Origin: an uncultured archaeon | Lineage (GTDB): Archaea; Iainarchaeota; Iainarchaeia; Iainarchaeales; 0-14-0-20-30-16 | Direction of reading: 5' to 3' | Assembly (NCBI GenBank): GCA_964565125.1 | Contig: CAZMCX010000031.1 | Span: 1-8,141, forward strand | DNA length: 8,141 nucleotides | Shown here: positions 1-5,454 of the stretch, piece by piece | Layout: each line of letters begins with the position of its first letter | Numbering within the stretch: the first letter of the stretch is position 1 | Translations under genes and position numbers: made by a program | Notes under the pieces: generated by a model | Database searches by the model: none | What the model saw: only the letters and a program-made list of their open reading frames with translations | What the model was told of the DNA's origin: nothing

Positions 1-120
1 ACAACAAGAATTACAATAAGGCTTTTTAGGCAAAGCCTGATAAACCACTGTATTGCCTGAAAAAAATCTTTTTTGATATAAAGGCCTATTTTTTATCTGG
101 TTTATAATTGATTTCTCCAT
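1..120 (-). CDS. Partial hypothetical protein (5' end, runs off the left edge)
   Basis: The ATG at 120-118 opens a 40-codon frame with no stop down to position 1 (MEKSIINQIKNRPLYQKRFFSGNTVVYQALPKKPYCNSCC...). It ends in a CxxC-like CNSCC. An A/T box (tttttattt, minus strand, 150-142) is centred about 26 nt upstream of the ATG, as for other first genes here. It is too short for the ORF track and I recognise no family. A competing plus-strand reading (..QQELQ stop at 17-19) cannot be excluded. Confidence 0.35.
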   Translation of the reverse strand, partial: MEKSIINQIKNRPLYQKRFFSGNTVVYQALPKKPYCNSCC

Positions 121-188
121 TATATTAATATTTAAGCTAACAAATAAAAACTACTGTAACATTGTGCTTTCTTTTATTACAAAACACA

Positions 189-219
189 TCAGTAAAACAC
201 CAAAAACACCGGTCTATTT
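189..219. repeat. Left copy of a direct repeat: orphan duplicate of the methyltransferase 3' end
   Basis: The exact 18-mer taaaacaccaaaaacacc at 193-210 is identical to 1506-1523. Similarity extends to 189-219 vs 1502-1532 (27/31 by hand alignment). On the minus strand it reads CCG GTG TTT TTG GTG TTT TAC TGA = PVFLVFY-stop, matching the methyltransferase C-terminus LVFLVFY-stop. Confidence 0.85.
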
Positions 220-1453
220 ACTTAAAAGATTTACAAAACTTTATTACATCTTTTTCATCATAAATAAAAATGCCTTCTTCTTTCTTTTTTGTTCCTTTAT
301 ATTTTACAAATAAAAACTTATTCTGCACGTCAAGATTCAAATTTTGTTTAACTTGTACAAAATTTACTTTACTTATGTCTTTCCACTTAACGGAACCAAT
401 AACTTCAACTTTTTTGAATTTTTTTAAGCAAACATCAATTTCTTTATTCGGGTATGAATATTTTACTACTTCATAGCCATAATATTCAGACAGCAGAGAT
501 TCTAAAAAGCTTTCAATATAAAAGGAAACTTTATTATTCCAACCATCTATTATTTCACGTTCTGTAACATTTTCACCATATTTTGAGTTAAGATAAAAAA
601 AGAAGTCTAACGCACTTGATACTAATGCGTATTTAAAGAGCCTACGCTTCCCATAAACTTCTTTTTTTTCAATAATTCCAATATTACTTAATATTTCTAA
701 ATATGAAGATACTGCCCCGGGGCTATCTTTAGGAATTAGGCCATTACTAAATAAATGGCTTGATATTTCTCCAGAACTACTTTTTCCAAGAGAAATTGCC
801 CTAATAATACCGTCATAAACATTAGTTAATTTTCTATCTTCATCTTCAAAAATTTCACCAAATAGCGCAATTGTCCAATACTTTGCAAAATTATAATACT
901 TTAACAAAAACGACTTAAAATCACCGCCCTCAAAAAAATCAAGTAACGCTGGCTCCCTTAATAAAATTGAATATTCCAAAAAGTCAGTTTTTACTGCTTT
1001 AGCCATAAAACCAAGGATCTCACAAGGTGTAAAAATTTTAAATTTAATTGGGTATATTAAACCTAGAACTGGGGATTTTTTACTTAAAACAGAATTTGCA
1101 AAATGTAAGGAGGAAGTAATAAGAATCAGATTATTTGCCCTAATGCTATGCAAAAAATCCAAAAAGCTTGAGTCTAATCTATGAAACTCATCTATAACAA
1201 TTGTTTTTTCTTTATTGTTTAAAATATATCTTTTAAGTTCATCAAAAGACCAGCTATCATTTGTCTTTATATTTTTTATTGATTTGTCACGGTAAACAAA
1301 TAAATAAGCATCATATTTTACAAAATTTTCAACATAAAAAGATTTCCCTGTTTTTCTTCGCCCGTAAACTAAACGGGTTTTATTTACATTAAAGTCTTTA
1401 GCATAATCCCTAGTTATCTGTATTTGTCTAACCATAATTATTATAATGGCCAT
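218..1453 (-). CDS. AAA+ ATPase of the archaeal ATPase family (PF01637/COG1672-like) with a DUF234-like C-terminal domain
   Basis: 411-aa ORF. Walker A is YGRRKTGKSF and Walker B is TIVIDEFHRL, a layout typical of the 'ATPase domain predominantly from Archaea' family. The C-terminal KEIDVCL...IGSVKW block resembles the EIDxV...ExKW tail of DUF234 proteins. The true start may be the second ATG (1435, MVRQIQ...), because the A/T box at 1458-1465 lies -30..-23 from it but only -12..-5 from 1453. Confidence 0.85.
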   Translation of the reverse strand: MAIIIIMVRQIQITRDYAKDFNVNKTRLVYGRRKTGKSFYVENFVKYDAYLFVYRDKSIKNIKTNDSWSFDELKRYILNNKEKTIVIDEFHRLDSSFLDFLHSIRANNLILITSSLHFANSVLSKKSPVLGLIYPIKFKIFTPCEILGFMAKAVKTDFLEYSILLREPALLDFFEGGDFKSFLLKYYNFAKYWTIALFGEIFEDEDRKLTNVYDGIIRAISLGKSSSGEISSHLFSNGLIPKDSPGAVSSYLEILSNIGIIEKKEVYGKRRLFKYALVSSALDFFFYLNSKYGENVTEREIIDGWNNKVSFYIESFLESLLSEYYGYEVVKYSYPNKEIDVCLKKFKKVEVIGSVKWKDISKVNFVQVKQNLNLDVQNKFLFVKYKGTKKKEEGIFIYDEKDVIKFCKSFK

Positions 1454-1457
1454 TAGA

Positions 1458-1465
1458 CTTATAAA
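1458..1465 (-). promoter_or_regulatory. TATA-like box for the ATPase gene
   Basis: The minus strand reads tttataag, centred about 26 nt upstream of ATG 1435. This fits a leaderless archaeal-type transcript starting at the second Met. Confidence 0.4.
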
Positions 1466-1501
1466 CCCATCGCAAAATGGCTTGGATTTTAAAATAATGA
1501 C

Positions 1502-1532
1502 TCAATAAAACACCAAAAACACCAATCTCTTT
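1502..1532. repeat. Right copy of the direct repeat (inside the methyltransferase 3' end)
   Basis: The exact 18-mer at 1506-1523 equals 193-210. This copy encodes the last codons plus the TGA stop of the methyltransferase (TTG GTG TTT TTG GTG TTT TAT TGA). Confidence 0.85.
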
Positions 1533-2104
1533 CTTGGATTGTCTGGATTATCTATAATTGTTTCTAAGGTGTAACCTTTATCAAGAATAATATTTCTGAC
1601 CAACTCTAATTCTTTTTCTGTTTCCGGATAAAATTGTATTACACTCTTTCCGCCTTTTTTCAAAACCGCAGAAATAGACTCAATTGCTTTTGTGTATTCC
1701 TTTTTTTCTTTAAGCCATTGCAAGGCAGAAATAGAAATTACAAAATCAAAGTGGCGAGTGGGGAAAACTTTTTTCAATTCAGTCATGCTTCCTCGTTTTA
1801 CTTTAAATCCTTTTTCTTTTGCAAATTTAAGCATCTCTTTTGAAATATCTGCACCAAACACATTAAAACCAAAACTTTCAAATGCTGTTAATGTATTGCC
1901 TGTGCCACAACCCACATCTAAAAGAGTTAAATTGTGTCCATTTTCTAAGTCTAAAAGTTGCATAATTCTATTGGCAATTTTTTGTTGCACTTTTGCCATT
2001 CCACTTGAAGTATTATAACGAGAAGATTCTTCTTTTGTATAAAAGATTTCTGGGTTTTTATAAACCTCTTCAGGGCGTTCATTCTTTATTTTCCATTTTT
2101 TCAT
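1502..2104 (-). CDS. Class I SAM-dependent methyltransferase, Bud23/WBSCR22-like (putative small-subunit rRNA guanine-N7 methyltransferase)
   Basis: 200-aa ORF. SAM motif I is LLDVGCGTGN and the acidic motif II is GADIS. It is collinear with my recollection of yeast Bud23: RPEE..PEIFY..E..RY, ISISALQWL (Bud23 ISISAIQWL), LKKGGKSVIQFYPE (Bud23 LKKGGKFVAQFYPK), and IIDNPDNPRKR-LVFLV at the end. It lacks the eukaryotic C-terminal extension. Confidence 0.8.
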   Translation of the reverse strand: MKKWKIKNERPEEVYKNPEIFYTKEESSRYNTSSGMAKVQQKIANRIMQLLDLENGHNLTLLDVGCGTGNTLTAFESFGFNVFGADISKEMLKFAKEKGFKVKRGSMTELKKVFPTRHFDFVISISALQWLKEKKEYTKAIESISAVLKKGGKSVIQFYPETEKELELVRNIILDKGYTLETIIDNPDNPRKRLVFLVFY

Positions 2105-2132
2105 TTAAATCATCTAAATAACAGACTATTAC

Positions 2133-2143
2133 TATTATTTATA
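2133..2143 (-). promoter_or_regulatory. TATA-like box for the methyltransferase gene
   Basis: The minus strand reads tataaataata at -39..-29 from ATG 2104, implying a short 5' UTR of about 10 nt. No Shine-Dalgarno is seen. Confidence 0.3.
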
Positions 2144-2269
2144 GGTAACTTTAATAATAAGTTTGCACCCAAAACCTTAGAAGACGAAGGGCTTATGGGT
2201 AATATTGGGGGAAATAAGCTATATCTATTTCTGATTAAAGGGCATAAAATAAGGGTTACACAGAAAAGA

Positions 2270-2284
2270 ATATTAATATAAATC
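2270..2284 (+). promoter_or_regulatory. TATA-like box (with a purine-rich upstream stretch) for the abiEi-abiEii operon
   Basis: atataaa at 2276-2282 is centred about 28 nt upstream of ATG 2307 and preceded by agaaaagaa. There is no Shine-Dalgarno before the ATG, which is consistent with a leaderless transcript. Confidence 0.4.
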
Positions 2285-2306
2285 TATTTACCCATATAAT
2301 AATATC

Positions 2307-2969
2307 ATGTATGTGGACATAATAGATAAATTAAAGGAAATGCCTGTTTTTGGGATGAACGATGTGAGGAAATTTTTGCCTAGCACTAGTGATTATTTTA
2401 TTTCTAAATTATTAGACGAAGAAAAAATAATAAAGCTCAAAAAAAATGCTTATTCTTTCCACAGAGAAAGGTTTCTTATTGCTAATTATCTTGTGATGCC
2501 GTCTTATGTTTCTTCTTATTCCGCTTTATCTTATCATAATGCTGTTTCTGTATTGCCTTTTAAGACAGTTGTTTCTTTTACAACAAAAAAAACGACTACT
2601 ATAGATGAATATATTTACCATAATACAAAATATTTTTTTGGTTTTAATACGATAAAAAAAGGCAAATATAATACAAAAATTGCAACAATAGAAAAAGCAA
2701 TACTTGATTCATTTAATGTTATTTCTCTGGAATATTTTGTAGAGGCTTTTGATAGAGTTAATGTGTCTTTGCTTACAAAATATTTGACTAAATATAATAG
2801 TGCGAGTTTGAATAAAAGAGTAGGCTATATTTTAGAAAAAAAAGGCATAGAAATAGATTTAAATTATAATGATTATAATTATGTCTTGTTAGACCCTTTA
2901 GGTAATAAGAAAGGTGAGAAAAATGAAAAATGGCATATAATTAATAATTATGGTGATGTTAATGATTAA
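2307..2969 (+). CDS. abiEi: AbiEi-family antitoxin / transcriptional regulator (COG5340-like, type IV TA)
   Basis: 220-aa ORF. The N-terminal region looks like a winged helix (VFGMNDVRKFLPSTSDYFISKLLDEEKIIKLKKNAYSF). The family-typical core is present: PSYVSSYSALSYHN..., TKIATIEKAILDSF and KRVGYILEKKG. It sits immediately upstream of, and overlaps, an AbiEii-type gene. Confidence 0.8.
   Translation: MYVDIIDKLKEMPVFGMNDVRKFLPSTSDYFISKLLDEEKIIKLKKNAYSFHRERFLIANYLVMPSYVSSYSALSYHNAVSVLPFKTVVSFTTKKTTTIDEYIYHNTKYFFGFNTIKKGKYNTKIATIEKAILDSFNVISLEYFVEAFDRVNVSLLTKYLTKYNSASLNKRVGYILEKKGIEIDLNYNDYNYVLLDPLGNKKGEKNEKWHIINNYGDVND
2952..2956 (+). promoter_or_regulatory. Shine-Dalgarno-like GGTGA for the toxin gene
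   Basis: GGTGA lies 5 nt upstream of ATG 2962. The same GGTGA/GGTGG element precedes the other internal operon genes in this window. Confidence 0.5.
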
Positions 2970-3687
2970 TAAAGACATTTTGATTAAAGCATCAAAAAAC
3001 AAAGGAATCACAAACAAAGGGTTTATGGAAAAGGCGTATTATCAAGACTTGTTGTTATATGATTTAGCAAAAAGCGATTTAGATTTTGTATTTAAAGGAG
3101 GCACAGCATTATACTTGTTTTACGGGTTAAAAAGGTTTAGTGAAGACTTAGATTTTAATGTTAGTGATTTAGAAAAAGCTAAGTCTAAAGTAGAGAGTAT
3201 ATTGAAAAAAAGAGGCTTAAAGTATTCCTATATTAAACCAAAAAACACATATCTATTTAAAGTAGAAATAAAAGGTCCTTTTACGGAGCATAATACTCTA
3301 AGAATAGATCTCTCTGCAGACAAATGTTTGAAAAGTGAGGGTAAAGAGTATGTTCCCGTGTTTACTGATATTCCCCCCTTTATTGTAAAAGTAATGGATA
3401 TTGATGAGATTTTAGTTGAAAAAGTAGACGCATTAACAAACAGGGTAAAAAATAAGGATTTATATGATATATTTAACCTTCTGAGAATAACAGAGTTTAA
3501 TAGCCAGTTATGGTATAAAAAATTTAAAGATACTAAAATGGACATTAACACTATAAGAAACAATATTAATACGATGGAGAAAAACTGGAAAAAGTTGAAT
3601 ACTTTTGTGTTAGATTACTTGCCAGAACATAAAACAGTGAAAAAATATGTTTTGGATAAATTGCAAAATAAATCTAAAAAGCCTTAG
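2962..3687 (+). CDS. abiEii: AbiEii/AbiGii-family nucleotidyltransferase toxin (DUF1814/PF08843-like)
   Basis: The ORF track gives 2950-3687. I prefer ATG 2962 (MINKDIL...) because of the GGTGA at 2952-2956 and the ATGATTAA start/stop overlap with abiEi; 2950 and 2956 remain possible. A pol-beta NTase motif is present (FKGGTALYLFYGLKRFSEDLDF), followed by a second acidic motif (LRIDLS) and a K..A...R....KDLYDI motif, matching the conserved AbiEii motifs. Confidence 0.85.
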   Translation: MINKDILIKASKNKGITNKGFMEKAYYQDLLLYDLAKSDLDFVFKGGTALYLFYGLKRFSEDLDFNVSDLEKAKSKVESILKKRGLKYSYIKPKNTYLFKVEIKGPFTEHNTLRIDLSADKCLKSEGKEYVPVFTDIPPFIVKVMDIDEILVEKVDALTNRVKNKDLYDIFNLLRITEFNSQLWYKKFKDTKMDINTIRNNINTMEKNWKKLNTFVLDYLPEHKTVKKYVLDKLQNKSKKP

Positions 3688-3857
3688 AAAATGAAGGGGT
3701 ACCTGACGAGGTTGTTAAAGAGATGTTAAAAAGGGTTTGTGGTTAATAAAGAAGTATTTCGAAAATACCAAAAAAAGTTTTTCAAAAATAGATCTAAATA
3801 CCACTATAAAAATGGGCCCTATAATATCGAAAAAGAGGGGGTATTTAGTTACGTTAG

Positions 3858-3882
3858 TTTATTTTTTATTTTCCATTTTTTT
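3858..3882 (+). terminator. Oligo-T tract cluster downstream of abiEii
   Basis: tttattttttattttccattttttt has T6 and T7 runs on the plus strand, archaeal-style oligo-T termination signals. An earlier T5 run sits at 3777-3781. Confidence 0.35.
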
Positions 3883-3884
3883 CT

Positions 3885-3890
3885 AAAAAA
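3885..3890 (-). terminator. Oligo-T tract after the ABC transporter operon
   Basis: A T6 run on the minus strand (plus-strand aaaaaa) starts 8 nt after the permease stop codon (3898-3900). Confidence 0.4.
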
Positions 3891-3897
3891 GGCCTCT

Positions 3898-4680
3898 TCA
3901 TGCAAATCCCTCATATCTTCTCAATCCTCTTTTATAAACAAACCTAAACACAAACCACATAAATACATCTAATACAATTATCAACAGCCACATCCAAAGC
4001 ATCCAAGAATAAGATACTTTCCCAACTAAAATTACCAAAGTTAAATACCAATGTAGATAGCCCATTGGTGTAATGGCCACAAATACCATAAAAAATACTT
4101 TTGAAAGAATTTTTATAGGATAATTTTGAAAACTATATCCTACTGATTTATATGCAGATTCTATTGCAAATATATTGCCCACCCAAAAAGAGAAAGAACG
4201 GATTATTAAAAGAGGAATTAAAGTTAGTGGAAATGAAATCAAAAATGTGATAACCGCAAGACATACAGATAATACACTAATTTGAACTGGAAAAATACAA
4301 ATCAAAATTACAAATATAATTAAATCAGTAACAACAAAAAGAAGATTTATTATGTTAGGTACAAACATTAGAAATAGTTCATTCACTGGCCTTATTAATA
4401 AGCAATTTAAGTTTCCTTTTATAACTTCATCATCTATCCACAGCCCAGATCCGTGCACAAGTCTACCGCTTACATCTGCAATTAAAGTATACATTACAAG
4501 ATCATAAAATGTTAAACCAATAATATCTGGAACATAAGAAAAAATTACAAATAAAACAACTAATTTTGTAGCAAGATAAAGTGATTGCATTAAAAATAAA
4601 AACAAAAAATTTGTTTTATATTCCCATTGAATCAAAAATGCTCTTTTAAATTGAAGGAAAAAAATTTCAAAATATTTCAT
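3898..4680 (-). CDS. ABC-2 family transporter permease (PF06182 / COG3694-COG4587 type)
   Basis: 260-aa ORF that is strongly hydrophobic, with about 6 predicted TM segments. The C-terminal YKRGLRRYEGFA tail is paralogous to the upstream permease tail (IKRGLRKYEQLGG). Its start abuts the preceding stop (TGA ATG at 4683-4678), with GGTGG 4 nt upstream. Confidence 0.8.
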   Translation of the reverse strand: MKYFEIFFLQFKRAFLIQWEYKTNFLFLFLMQSLYLATKLVVLFVIFSYVPDIIGLTFYDLVMYTLIADVSGRLVHGSGLWIDDEVIKGNLNCLLIRPVNELFLMFVPNIINLLFVVTDLIIFVILICIFPVQISVLSVCLAVITFLISFPLTLIPLLIIRSFSFWVGNIFAIESAYKSVGYSFQNYPIKILSKVFFMVFVAITPMGYLHWYLTLVILVGKVSYSWMLWMWLLIIVLDVFMWFVFRFVYKRGLRRYEGFA

Positions 4681-5454
4681 TCAACCACCCAATTGTTCAT
4701 ATTTTCTAAGGCCTCTTTTAATCATAAATCTTAAAACAAGATACAAAGCAAATATCCAAAGCAAATATTTTGCGATTAATACCCACGTTATTGCCATATC
4801 TCCTAAAAAAATCTTGGCGGGAACAAAAAACATTAAATTAAACGGCAAATAGTTAGTGAGAACTGAATAAAGCCACCCGGGAAACAGGTCCAAGGGTATT
4901 GCATTTCCCGCAGAAAAAATTATTATTTTATCAAGTAACAAAGCAATTGCCCAATTTTCCCCCGTCCAAAAAGACAGAGAAATAACTATAGAATATACTA
5001 ATACACCAATTGCAAGCCCAAGCAAAAATATAACCAACCCAAAAACTGCGCTAAACCCTAAAAAATAAGTTCCTGCCACTAACAAAGCAAAAAAAGGAAT
5101 TATGTGCCAAACACAAAAAATAGAGATTATTTTGTAAAATAAATATTCTTCAAAACGTATTTTTCTTACTAGATTTTTTATTATATCGCCATTTATAATT
5201 GTTCTTTGAATTGGTCTTACAAACATTACATTGTAAAACATGCAATCAACAAAAAAATAATAAAACATTATCTTGTAAATATCGTAACCGTGTATTGTTG
5301 CTTTATCAAAAACTAAAGTCCAGAAAAAATATACAACAATTAGACCAAATACGGCCCAAAACAAAGAAATTCCAAAATTTAGGGAATACTCTGCCCACGA
5401 TCTAAAAGCTTGTAGTAAATATTCTTTAAAAACCCTAAACCTAAATATACTCAT
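4681..5454 (-). CDS. ABC-2 family transporter permease (PF06182 / COG4587-COG3694 type)
   Basis: 257-aa multi-TM ORF. An ATGA start/stop overlap with the upstream ATPase gene (5454-5451) indicates translational coupling, with GGTGA 7 nt upstream. It is a paralog of the downstream permease. Confidence 0.8.
   Translation of the reverse strand: MSIFRFRVFKEYLLQAFRSWAEYSLNFGISLFWAVFGLIVVYFFWTLVFDKATIHGYDIYKIMFYYFFVDCMFYNVMFVRPIQRTIINGDIIKNLVRKIRFEEYLFYKIISIFCVWHIIPFFALLVAGTYFLGFSAVFGLVIFLLGLAIGVLVYSIVISLSFWTGENWAIALLLDKIIIFSAGNAIPLDLFPGWLYSVLTNYLPFNLMFFVPAKIFLGDMAITWVLIAKYLLWIFALYLVLRFMIKRGLRKYEQLGG
4685..4689 (-). promoter_or_regulatory. Shine-Dalgarno-like GGTGG for the second permease
   Basis: The minus strand reads GGTGG, 4 nt upstream of ATG 4680. 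Confidence 0.45.

Noticed and set aside
19-38. Hairpin aggcttt-ttaggc-aaagcct (7-bp stem), directly after a plus-strand TAA at 17-19
   Set aside because: It could be a terminator for an upstream plus-strand gene. However, it lies inside the 40-codon open minus-strand frame (1-120) that has a properly placed A/T box. The two readings conflict and cannot be resolved from this window, so it is not called as a feature.
270-476. 68-aa plus-strand ORF from the track
   Set aside because: It lies entirely antisense to the well-supported ATPase CDS. The translation is low-complexity and F/L/T-rich, typical of the reverse frame of an AT-rich gene, and there are no upstream signals.
1634-2018. Two plus-strand ORFs (1634-1843 and 1692-2018)
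   Set aside because: Both are antisense to the Bud23-like methyltransferase, which has clear motifs. Their composition is Phe/Lys-rich and they match no recognisable family.
2195-2281. 28-codon ORF (MGNIGGNKLYLFLIKGHKIRVTQKRILI) in the divergent spacer, plus the slightly GC-richer patch at 2161-2215
   Set aside because: There is no GGTGA or positioned A/T box, it overlaps the predicted abiEi promoter, and I found only 4-5 bp stems and no convincing RNA structure.
2223-2289. Direct 8-mer atctattt (2223-2230 and 2282-2289) in the abiEi upstream region, as a candidate AbiEi operator
   Set aside because: AbiEi autoregulation through promoter repeats is established for the family. This 8-mer pair is not statistically distinguishable from chance at this composition, and I found no clear inverted repeat.
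3228-3563. 111-aa minus-strand ORF
   Set aside because: It is antisense within the AbiEii toxin gene, whose NTase motifs fix the coding strand.
3685-3729. In-frame readthrough of the toxin TAG stop (would add KMKGYLTRLLKRC)
   Set aside because: The extension is short and basic with no supporting context. The -1 frame alternative, reported as a finding, is more protein-like.
3754-3768. Small palindrome gtatttcgaaaatac and nearby A/T runs, GGGCCC and AGATCT sites in the 210-nt convergent spacer
   Set aside because: The stem is 6 bp of mostly A-T with a 3-nt loop, so it is too weak to call as a terminator or ncRNA. I could not fit a tRNA-like or riboswitch-like fold by eye.
2112-3800. 9-mer atctaaata on both sides of the abiE module (2112-2120 and 3792-3800), as possible insertion borders
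   Set aside because: My rough expectation for a shared 9-mer between two 200-nt AT-rich spacers is about one or more by chance. The match does not extend, unlike the 18-31 nt repeat around the ATPase.
3739-3972. 77-aa plus-strand ORF starting with GTG in the convergent spacer
   Set aside because: It overlaps the 3' end of the permease on the opposite strand, has a non-ATG start with no GGTGA or A/T box at the right distance, and gives a low-complexity K/F-rich peptide.
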